From Bdellovibrionia bacterium (GTDB taxonomy: Bacteria > Bdellovibrionota > Bdellovibrionia > Bdellovibrionales > JAUICD01): DNA of 64,000 nucleotides. This document shows, in pieces, positions 1 to 7,592 of this stretch (positions are counted from its first letter, which is position 1; every line of letters starts with the position of its first letter). The stretch spans positions 18,625 through 82,624 of the forward strand of contig JAUICD010000001.1 of the NCBI GenBank assembly GCA_030427965.1, read 5' to 3'. Position numbers and translations under genes: made by a program. Under the pieces are notes generated by a model. The model did no database searches. It saw nothing but the letters and a program-made list of their open reading frames with translations, and had not been told where the DNA came from.

Positions 1-1013
1 TACAAAGTATTTTAAAAAACACTCAAGTGAAATTTGTGTGTGCTTCAAACAAGCAAGTGGATCTTGTTTCAAAATTTTTAATTCGTCCTAAAACTCGAGT
101 TGAAAGATGTCATTTTCCCTCAGATGTTACAAAATTTCATTTCTCTCGTGATAAGAGAAATGAAACAAGAAGACAGCTTGGACTTCGTGATGACGAAATT
201 GCCATTATCTATTCTGGTCGGATTTCATTACAGAAAAATGTGGAAATGCTAATGCAATATGTTGTCAATTTGATGATGCGTTCTCCGTTTTCGATCCGTT
301 TTTTTGTTGCGGGTCCGTTTGATGACATTGGAGCCCCCTTTTTTGGTTTGCACTTTGAGAAAGGTTACGCTTATCAAAGATTTCAAAGTCGTTTAAAAAT
401 GGTGCCAGAAGAGTTTCAAAGTCGAATGAAATACCTTGGAAATCTCAATACAGAAGATCTTCACGGGCTTTATTGTGCGGGTGATGTATTTGCAAGTTTG
501 AGTTTGTACCATGATGAAGATTATGGCATGGCTCCAGCAGAAGCTTTGATGTGTGGACTTCCTGTTGTTCTTTCGGATTGGGGTGGATACGCGTCTTTTT
601 CTGGTGATGAGAGAGACTGTTTATTGGCACCTGTGGATATTACGGGATCAGGATTGGCTGTCTCAGGTGAAGAGTTTTTCAAACATCTTTTTGTTTACTC
701 GATGATAGATCACGACAACACTTCATTGAGGCTGGCGCGCTCAGAGCGCGCTGCTAAGCGGCTAAGCGTGGATGCAGCTTCAAACTTATTAAGAGATATG
801 TACAATAAACCTATTCCTAAATTTGATGGATTTAGCTGGAGATTAAAAAGATTTAGCGATGCCTTCAATAATGGAATGCCCTTTCCAGAAGGACCCAAAT
901 GGGGAACATTTTACGAGGAGATTTATGAGAGCTACACAAAAAAGACGAAAAACGCCGTCGAACAAAAAAAGAGTGAGCACTCAAAAAGGGGCTACGCCCA
1001 AATGGAGATATGA
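1..1013 (+). CDS. Glycosyltransferase family 4 (GT-B fold), 5'-partial at window edge
   Basis: The frame of ORF 27..1013 stays open back to base 3, so the gene probably starts upstream of the window. 'GRISLQKNVEMLM' and the E-x7-E region 'EDYGMAPAEALMCGLPVVLSDWGG' are typical of the GT4 C-terminal domain. Confidence 0.75.
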   Translation, partial: QSILKNTQVKFVCASNKQVDLVSKFLIRPKTRVERCHFPSDVTKFHFSRDKRNETRRQLGLRDDEIAIIYSGRISLQKNVEMLMQYVVNLMMRSPFSIRFFVAGPFDDIGAPFFGLHFEKGYAYQRFQSRLKMVPEEFQSRMKYLGNLNTEDLHGLYCAGDVFASLSLYHDEDYGMAPAEALMCGLPVVLSDWGGYASFSGDERDCLLAPVDITGSGLAVSGEEFFKHLFVYSMIDHDNTSLRLARSERAAKRLSVDAASNLLRDMYNKPIPKFDGFSWRLKRFSDAFNNGMPFPEGPKWGTFYEEIYESYTKKTKNAVEQKKSEHSKRGYAQMEI

Positions 1014-2034
1014 GCTAGTCGACTGGTTTTATGCTCATCAAGAAGCTGAGCAAAGTAAAATTACGCGTCAAGCACATCCCGATTCTCAGGGATTTATCAA
1101 TTTCTTGTGGCCTGCAAGCAATAAGTACTATTCCCCACTCAATCCAGTTTTTGTTTCAGAACTTTTTAGTCCTGAAATTTTGGAACGCCACCATGTATGG
1201 CAAATTCGAGATGGCTTGGTGCCTCTTATGTGGTTTTTTAAATCCACACCAGAACCTTATCTGACACGTCAGAAACTTCTGATTGATTCTAGTTTTTCTC
1301 CATTTGTGCCCACTCCATGGAGAAAGTTCTGTGGAACTTTTGAAGTGGAATCTGACAAAAGCATGTACAAAGGAAAGCCTGAACAACTGCTTTTTTTAGG
1401 TCTTCCTGCAGAAGCTTACTGTTCTTTGGAAAAAGTAGAAGAGTATCTTGAAAAGATAGTTGATATAGTAGGTGCGACTCGTATCAGATCGATGAAGAAA
1501 TTGGGATTTATGGTCGGAAAACACTTCGGATTTGGAGTGCAGGACAATCAATCCTATTACCCTGAGTTTATTACTCTTATGGGAGATTATTTAGGCACGA
1601 AAAATTTTGAGTTTTTAAATTGGAACACCTTTGAATCAACAGTGAGTTTTACAGGCTATGATGTTTTTGATTTTAATGAAAAACTACTTTCTGCAGATAG
1701 CTATTTGATGCACTTGGTTCTTCAAAAAGGTGCGCGTTTATTGGAGGGCTGGAGTCGGAAATCTAGATCAACAGGAGGAGAGCTTGTTCGACTCTCCCCA
1801 CATCACTTAATGAGAGTTAAGGAGACGTTGACTGGAAAATACGCATTGTCGAATCCGCGTTCGAGTTCTAAGGGAGCTGATCAGTATTTCAGTCATTTTG
1901 AGAGTGCGATGCGCTCTCAAGCCAACCTGGGAATGCCATGGCCAAACTGGGCGATGGAGTGGAGTAAAACAATTGCAATCGAAAATAAACCAGTTCAGCT
2001 GCGAACCAAACCGACATCACAAGAGTTCCATTAA
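859..2034 (+). CDS. Hypothetical protein (no recognisable motif), in glycosyltransferase cluster
   Basis: Long ORF of 391 aa with ordinary amino-acid composition. The start is uncertain: ATG 859/871/925 and GTG 973 all overlap the upstream GT4 gene by 41-155 nt. Confidence 0.5.
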   Translation: MPSIMECPFQKDPNGEHFTRRFMRATQKRRKTPSNKKRVSTQKGATPKWRYELVDWFYAHQEAEQSKITRQAHPDSQGFINFLWPASNKYYSPLNPVFVSELFSPEILERHHVWQIRDGLVPLMWFFKSTPEPYLTRQKLLIDSSFSPFVPTPWRKFCGTFEVESDKSMYKGKPEQLLFLGLPAEAYCSLEKVEEYLEKIVDIVGATRIRSMKKLGFMVGKHFGFGVQDNQSYYPEFITLMGDYLGTKNFEFLNWNTFESTVSFTGYDVFDFNEKLLSADSYLMHLVLQKGARLLEGWSRKSRSTGGELVRLSPHHLMRVKETLTGKYALSNPRSSSKGADQYFSHFESAMRSQANLGMPWPNWAMEWSKTIAIENKPVQLRTKPTSQEFH

Positions 2035-3022
2035 TTCAATTTCGCTCACGGCTCTTGTTATCACGTGTGAGCGAGTGGAACTTTTAAAGAAATGTCTCCA
2101 GAGCCTTTCTGGTTGGGCAACCAATGTTGTTGTGGGAATCAATGGGCAAGACAAAGAGAGTCTTTTGTTTTGTAAAAATCAAAACTATGACTTTGAGTCA
2201 TTCCATTTTGTTGAACTTGAGGCTTGTACTCCTGCAGCAGCAAGAAACTGTCTTCTTAAATACGCAAAAGATGATTGGGTTTACTTTATTGACGATGATG
2301 CTGAAGTCACGGATATGGCAAAGTCTGAATTGAAGAAGTTGATTAGGTCAAATTCACCTGCAGAAATTATTGGAGGACCCAATTTAACTCCAAATGCTTC
2401 AAACATGTTTCAACGCGCCAGTGGGGTGGCGCTGTCTTCTCGGTTTGGTTCATTTCTGTCAGCCGGGAGATATCGTGCCGATGGTGCGCCACGCTTAACA
2501 GATGATCGTGATATGATTCTTTGTAATATGGTTGTAAATCGGCATGCTATTTCCAACCATAGATTTAAAGAACACCTTGTTTGTAATGAAGAAAACTGGT
2601 TGCTTCAAGAGATGCAAGAGAATGGAAATAAAATTTACTATGACCCAAAATTTTTTGTATTTCATGAAAGACGTAAGAGTATTTTTAGTTTTTTTAAACA
2701 GGTATTGAAATACGGTATTGGCCGAGGGCAGAATACACGTGGGAGGCCTAAATCTATGCGTTGGCCACACTGCTTTCCAAGTCTTTGTCTAGTGTTGGGA
2801 TTTATTTCTATTTTTTCTGCAATTTCAAGTGGAAATATTTATTGGCTATTTCCATTTTTTTTATATATCCCTACTTCAGTATGTGCGGGATTATTTGCTT
2901 CTGGAAGAATGAAAGAGACGCTTTCAATTGGTGTTTTTTCTATGGTCATTTTTCCGGTAATACATATAGCATATGGCTTGGGATTTATAAGAGGGTTTTT
3001 AAAACGTGAAATCTCGATCTGA
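1898..3022 (+). CDS. Glycosyltransferase family 2 (GT-A) with C-terminal membrane domain
   Basis: 'SLTALVITCERVELLKKCLQSL' is a GT-A N-terminal strand, and there is a DxD motif 'FIDDDAE'. The C-terminus has several hydrophobic helices. ATG 1898 overlaps the upstream ORF by 137 nt, so the in-frame TTG at 1973 is a more likely start. Confidence 0.7.
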   Translation: MRVRCALKPTWECHGQTGRWSGVKQLQSKINQFSCEPNRHHKSSINSISLTALVITCERVELLKKCLQSLSGWATNVVVGINGQDKESLLFCKNQNYDFESFHFVELEACTPAAARNCLLKYAKDDWVYFIDDDAEVTDMAKSELKKLIRSNSPAEIIGGPNLTPNASNMFQRASGVALSSRFGSFLSAGRYRADGAPRLTDDRDMILCNMVVNRHAISNHRFKEHLVCNEENWLLQEMQENGNKIYYDPKFFVFHERRKSIFSFFKQVLKYGIGRGQNTRGRPKSMRWPHCFPSLCLVLGFISIFSAISSGNIYWLFPFFLYIPTSVCAGLFASGRMKETLSIGVFSMVIFPVIHIAYGLGFIRGFLKREISI

Positions 3023-4049
3023 TTTTTTATTTTATGGAATTGGTGTGCGAGTTTTTGCGCATGATTCAATATCTTCTATTGTTGAGCGTCGATTGACAAA
3101 AGATTTGAGCTATTTTCGAGTCAATGATGGACCATCAATTCATTCGAGAGTCCACCTACTTTCCACTCATATGACCCCACCTTTTGCACGAGGCTTTCAC
3201 CTGTTTACTGCTCGAAATTACAAAGTGTATGGATTTAATGCAAATCGCACAGTCGAGTATGATGATGGAACATGCGTCTATGCAGACCTTTCTAATGGGA
3301 TTCGAGAGTATTGGGTGTGCTCGCCTAAAAGTTTACTTTTGTATGAAGTTTCCTATCTTCTTTTTCAATCTTTGGTGGGTGAGGCATTAGATAAAAAGGG
3401 GTTGTACAGGGTTCATGCCTTAGGTTTACAGTATCATGATCAAACATCTCTTGTGATCTTGCCGTCGGGGTGTGGAAAATCAGCTCTTGCAAATCTCTTC
3501 TTAAAGGAAACAGATGCTAAGATCTTTTCAGATGAATCTCCTCTTGTGCGAAATAGGTATGTTTACCCTTACCCAGTTCGAATGGCTCTTGAGAAAGAAG
3601 TTGCAAATGCTCTAATGATTGATTTTGACCCATCTCGTATTTTTCGAAGAAACCAGTATAAAGAAAAAGTATTACTCGATATACCTGAAGACAGGGTGGC
3701 CTCACCTCAAAGAGTCACTCAACTGATTTATGGAAAACCAGGTCAAATTTCAGAAATAAGAAAAGGATTGTGGTACAAGTTGATGGTTGAAATGTTTAAA
3801 TCCATGGGTCTTGGGTTGGGCACAGCGCAGATGGCTGAATTTCGAATAAGAATCAACGACTCACTTCAGTTGAGTCGTATTTTAAAGCAAAGAACAAGTG
3901 CTTTGTTAGACTTAATTCAGGTAACTCCTAACTATGAATTTTCTTATACAAAAAATGCTCTTTCAAACTTTAAAGTGCTTAGAAAGTTTTTCCTATCACA
4001 AGAAACAAAAAAAGCTCCGTTTCCCAAATCTCAAGTTGAGTCAATTTGA
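3006..4049 (+). CDS. HprK-related (HPr kinase C-terminal-domain-like) P-loop protein, putative
   Basis: Walker-A-like 'LPSGCGKSALANLF' is preceded by 'YRVHALGL' and followed by 'FSDESPLV', the arrangement seen in HprK-like serine kinases. The GTG start overlaps the GT2 gene by 17 nt. Confidence 0.4.
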   Translation: MKSRSDFLFYGIGVRVFAHDSISSIVERRLTKDLSYFRVNDGPSIHSRVHLLSTHMTPPFARGFHLFTARNYKVYGFNANRTVEYDDGTCVYADLSNGIREYWVCSPKSLLLYEVSYLLFQSLVGEALDKKGLYRVHALGLQYHDQTSLVILPSGCGKSALANLFLKETDAKIFSDESPLVRNRYVYPYPVRMALEKEVANALMIDFDPSRIFRRNQYKEKVLLDIPEDRVASPQRVTQLIYGKPGQISEIRKGLWYKLMVEMFKSMGLGLGTAQMAEFRIRINDSLQLSRILKQRTSALLDLIQVTPNYEFSYTKNALSNFKVLRKFFLSQETKKAPFPKSQVESI

Positions 4050-4085
4050 TCTTGTTTGCCAGTAAGGTGGATGAATACATGTTCC

Positions 4086-4114
4086 AATGACTGTCGAAGT
4101 CTTCGACAATCATT
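4086..4114. promoter_or_regulatory. 29-bp near-perfect palindrome (13/14 paired positions) downstream of GT cluster
   Basis: AATGAcTGTCGAAG-t-CTTCGACAaTCATT, centred on 4100. No T-run follows it, so it could be an operator or an RNA hairpin. Confidence 0.4.
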
Positions 4115-4244
4115 AGAAAGATCAGATTGTTTCTCAAATGTTAGACTAGGTTTGCCGAACAGTTTGTACAATGGTCTAGGGTGTGTCCTCCTTTATCTAG
4201 GTAAGTAAATAAGGACGTACCTGAGTGTGTGGGGTAAAGGCTGA

Positions 4245-5162
4245 ATGTTTAAAAACTTTTTGATGTTTTTTATAGTGATATTTTCTCTTTCGGGTTGTGA
4301 AAATGGTTTTGAACCAGCCGAAGTGGCATCTGAAAATATTGCTGGGGATGATAGTTTAAATCCCACGACAACTACCACTGTTACAACCACCACTCAACCA
4401 GACTCATCAGGTATAGAACCTCCTCAGGGTGATCAATACACTCTTCAAGATATATATTTTAAAGTTACAAACCCTGGAGTGAACGACACATACCAGTGGT
4501 CGCACAGTTTGAGTGGTGAAACAGATCAATGTATTACACAAGATATGGGAGAGGTCTTTGAGGTTTTTTGTAGAAAAGCAGGGGTTTTAACCGTAAAGCT
4601 TACAATCAATGGATCTATAGAGTACAGCTCGGTACCAATACAGCTACAATCGAGTATCGAAAAAGGTGAAGTGGAGTTTGTTATCAAAGAAGGGACTTCA
4701 AATGGGCCTTGGAATAGTTTGGCTAAAATGATTACGATTCGAGTGGGAGATACGTTTGTAGTGACAAGCGAAGATTCCACCCGAGACAATCACTGCATGC
4801 ACACAAGTGGAAATGCACCCACAGAACATTGTCCAATAGGAGCTCCTCTTTCAAAAGGAGAGTCTCACTCTTTTGAAGTTCTCAACGAACATGACTCCTC
4901 GATGAACCCTGAGAAGGTATATGACCACTTTGTAGATTCCTCGGCAACATTCTTTGTGAAATCTGTCGCGTTAGATGGTGAGCAACTTTATGCCAATAAC
5001 TGCTCAAGTTGTCATGGAGCGCTCACTTCATCGGAGATGAAGAATAAGATGGCCTGGCAAATCCAGGATGCTATTTTTAGGAATAAGGGAAATATGAGAG
5101 ATTATATCGGTTTGACTGAAGAAGAGGTCGGAGCGATTGCCCGAGAGCTTCAAAGCAATTAG
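4245..5162 (+). CDS. Lipoprotein with poly-Thr linker and C-terminal c-type cytochrome domain
   Basis: Signal peptide with lipobox 'FSLSGC', then a 'TTTTTVTTTT' linker. Heme-binding motif 'CSSCHG' (CxxCH) lies near the C-terminus. The central 'ITIRVGDTFVVTSEDSTRDNHCMH' loosely resembles a cupredoxin strand pattern. Confidence 0.65.
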   Translation: MFKNFLMFFIVIFSLSGCENGFEPAEVASENIAGDDSLNPTTTTTVTTTTQPDSSGIEPPQGDQYTLQDIYFKVTNPGVNDTYQWSHSLSGETDQCITQDMGEVFEVFCRKAGVLTVKLTINGSIEYSSVPIQLQSSIEKGEVEFVIKEGTSNGPWNSLAKMITIRVGDTFVVTSEDSTRDNHCMHTSGNAPTEHCPIGAPLSKGESHSFEVLNEHDSSMNPEKVYDHFVDSSATFFVKSVALDGEQLYANNCSSCHGALTSSEMKNKMAWQIQDAIFRNKGNMRDYIGLTEEEVGAIARELQSN

Positions 5163-5191
5163 ACTCATCTTCTGTTTCTTGGAGGTGAGGC

Positions 5192-5890
5192 TTGTCCTAT
5201 AAAAATCAGTTAGTTGAAATTGGTTCATTGTCAGCACTTGTTACATCGGGTTCTGAGGATGCTAGAACCATTGTGCTTTTTCATGGTTATGGTGCTGATG
5301 CATCTGACTTGTATCCACTTCATCAGTATATCCAAGCTCCAAAGGACACCAGATGGGTTTTTCCTGAAGGTGTATTAGATATTGAAGTGACTCCTGGGTT
5401 TGGCGGAAGAGCGTGGTTCCCGATAGATATTGAGGCATTAGAGAGGGCTATGCAGTCTGGGACACATCGTGATTTGTCTACAATTCGCCCACCAGGACTG
5501 AATGAAGCAAAAGCCAAAGCTTTGAGTCTGTTATCAGAGCTTGAGAAAACGAGCAGTCAGATTGTTATTGGTGGGTTTAGCCAAGGGGCAATGCTTGCAA
5601 ATGATATTGTCTTTACAACAGATTTCAAGGTTTCAGGATTGATCACACTGTCGGGTACTTTACTAGATAGTAAATCTTGGGAAGAAGGGGCAAGAAAACG
5701 TAAAGGTCTCCGGTATTTTCAGAGCCACGGTCAAACAGATCCTTTGTTGTCGTTTTCAGCTGCTAAAAAATTGAATGAAATTTATGAGAGAGCGGAAATG
5801 CAGGGTGGGTTTATGCCTTTTATTGGTGGCCATGAAATACCTGAACATGTTTTGATGGAAGTCTCGAGCTTTGTTCGCCATATTGTCTAA
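5192..5890 (+). CDS. Phospholipase/carboxylesterase family alpha/beta hydrolase
   Basis: TTG start with GGAGG 7 nt upstream. 'VLFHGYGADASDL', nucleophile elbow 'GFSQGA', and 'HGQTDPLL' and 'GGHEI' complete a Ser-Asp-His triad. Confidence 0.75.
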   Translation: MSYKNQLVEIGSLSALVTSGSEDARTIVLFHGYGADASDLYPLHQYIQAPKDTRWVFPEGVLDIEVTPGFGGRAWFPIDIEALERAMQSGTHRDLSTIRPPGLNEAKAKALSLLSELEKTSSQIVIGGFSQGAMLANDIVFTTDFKVSGLITLSGTLLDSKSWEEGARKRKGLRYFQSHGQTDPLLSFSAAKKLNEIYERAEMQGGFMPFIGGHEIPEHVLMEVSSFVRHIV

Positions 5891-5951
5891 AAGCTTGGGC
5901 GGGGCTTCATGTCAACACTGTTGTAAGCCAGAGTTTCTATTAGATGTCGCC

Positions 5952-6638
5952 TTAAAGAGACCAATTGATTTCAATCAAATCTTTGGATTTTAGGTATTGG
6001 TTTGTTTTGGAAAAAGGTCGGCTTCCAAAAAAACCACGGTGTGCTGAAAGCGGAGAGGGGTGGGGTGATTTTATGACAAAGTGTTTTTTGGTATCAATCA
6101 CCTGTCCTTTTTTTTGAGCGTAAGATCCCCAGAGAATAAACACCAAATTTTCTTTTTCTGAATTGAGGGTTTGAATCACTTGATCTGTAAACTCCTCCCA
6201 TCCTTTCCTTTGGTGAGAACCTGCGGAGTTTTTACCAACTGTTAGTGTGGCATTGAGAAGTAGAACACCTTGTTTGGCCCATTTGGTTAAGTTTCCTGAT
6301 TTTGGTGGGTCGATGTCTAAATCTGACTTGAGTTCTTTGAAGATGTTCATCAATGATGGTGGGTGACGGACACCTTCGTTGACAGAAAAACAGAGACCAT
6401 GAGCCTGGCCTGGACCATGGTAAGGGTCTTGTCCAATGAGAACAACTTTGGTCTCTTCAAAGGGTGTTAAGTCCAATGCATTGAAAATTTCTTTTGGCCT
6501 AGGGTAAAAGACTCGGCCTGATTTGATTTCATTATCAAGAAATGACCTGAGATTGTTCATATAGTCTTTGGAGAACTCGTCCTTAAGTCGAGTTTTCCAG
6601 GATTCTTCCATCTGAATTTCTCTTTTTGTCGAAGTCAT
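5952..6638 (-). CDS. ung: Uracil-DNA glycosylase
   Basis: 'GQDPYHGPGQAHGLCFSV' and 'HPSPLSA' are family-1 UDG motifs. The ORF extends to 6824, but the conserved N-terminus begins at 'MEESWKTRL'. Start at ATG 6638, or 6611. Confidence 0.9.
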   Translation of the reverse strand: MTSTKREIQMEESWKTRLKDEFSKDYMNNLRSFLDNEIKSGRVFYPRPKEIFNALDLTPFEETKVVLIGQDPYHGPGQAHGLCFSVNEGVRHPPSLMNIFKELKSDLDIDPPKSGNLTKWAKQGVLLLNATLTVGKNSAGSHQRKGWEEFTDQVIQTLNSEKENLVFILWGSYAQKKGQVIDTKKHFVIKSPHPSPLSAHRGFFGSRPFSKTNQYLKSKDLIEINWSL

Positions 6639-6703
6639 AAACACTTTATCGCTAGCATGGACTTCACGTGATGTCGTGGTAAAATAGTGAGGTGGAGGTT
6701 CAT

Positions 6704-7435
6704 ATGGTACAGCGAATCGTCTTTGCGGCAGTTTTTTTCGGCGCGTTAGCAGCTTTTGCGCAAATGGAAGATATGGAGATTGAGGGTGAGCAGCAGCAAA
6801 TAAATGAGCTGGAGGCTGAGGCAAAAAGAGCTACTGAAGAGGCCAAAGAAGAAGAGGCTGCGGCAAAGAAGGCGGAAAAAGAACTAGCCAATATTAGAAG
6901 CAAAAGAAAGCGTGTCGAGAGGGAAACAAAATCAACAGTGGACCGCATGGAAAAACGTCACATCAAAGCTGATGAAAGAAAAACCAATGCCAACAATGAA
7001 ATCAAGAGGCTTGAAAAAATCATCGAAGGATTGAATCAAAAGGCCAAGGCGGCAACTCAGAAAGCAGAGGCTGCTGAAGAGGCACGAGATGAAGCCATAA
7101 AACGTCGAAACCAAGCTCGTGAAAAAAAGAAAGATGCAGAGGAACGCAAGCTTGATGCCGAAAAACATATGAGAAAAGCGGGCCAAGAAATGCGAGAGGC
7201 ACTAGCTGACGCTAAAAAAATGGAGAAACTGGCAGCTAGTGCTGTAAGAGAGGCCAAGAAAGCAGAGGCTCGGGCATTAAGAGAGCGTCAGAAAGCGGAT
7301 CGTGCGATTAAGAAGGCCAATGCTCGTGAGAAAAGAGCTAAGAAGAGACGGGGCAGTGCAAGAGATCGAATCGATGATGCCAAAGATAAATTTGAAAAGG
7401 CCAAGCGAGAAAGACTGCAGGCCCAGAAGAGGTAA
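6704..7435 (+). CDS. Secreted/anchored K-E-A-R-rich coiled-coil protein
   Basis: GGAGG lies 5 nt upstream of ATG 6704. The N-terminal hydrophobic segment is 'IVFAAVFFGALAAFAQ'. The remaining ~200 aa are almost only K/E/A/R, with no globular domain. Confidence 0.6.
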   Translation: MVQRIVFAAVFFGALAAFAQMEDMEIEGEQQQINELEAEAKRATEEAKEEEAAAKKAEKELANIRSKRKRVERETKSTVDRMEKRHIKADERKTNANNEIKRLEKIIEGLNQKAKAATQKAEAAEEARDEAIKRRNQAREKKKDAEERKLDAEKHMRKAGQEMREALADAKKMEKLAASAVREAKKAEARALRERQKADRAIKKANAREKRAKKRRGSARDRIDDAKDKFEKAKRERLQAQKR

Positions 7436-7592
7436 TTCTAACTCAAATAAAAATAACTCTTCTCATAAGAGGGAGGATTTGGCATATTTAATACATGATT
7501 TCTACTTGAGTTTATTTTGAATTCTTAGAGATCGTGAAACCCAAAGTGTTTCTTAGAGTCGGAAGATTCTTAAGAGATTGAAAGGAGAATAT

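Noticed and set aside
940-1013. Possible +1 frameshift in the A-rich stretch that would fuse the GT4 gene with the 391-aa ORF, giving a pseudogene or recoding event.
   Set aside because: The GT4 C-terminal domain already looks complete before this point, and no recognisable recoding signal is present. It cannot be distinguished from two genes with a non-ATG start, so I kept it only as a caveat.
6639-6824. 62-aa N-terminal extension of the ung ORF ('MPQPPAHLFAAAHPQSPYLP...').
   Set aside because: UDG homology starts at 'MEESWKTRL'. The extension would also run through the divergent promoter and start of the 6704 gene.
6700-7257. Several 60-84-aa ORFs on the minus strand inside the K/E/A/R coiled-coil gene (6700..6948, 6932..7186, 7020..7202, 7057..7257).
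   Set aside because: They are antisense products of a low-complexity GAA/AAG/GCN-rich region. Their translations are Ser/Phe/Leu-rich nonsense. There is no independent start context.
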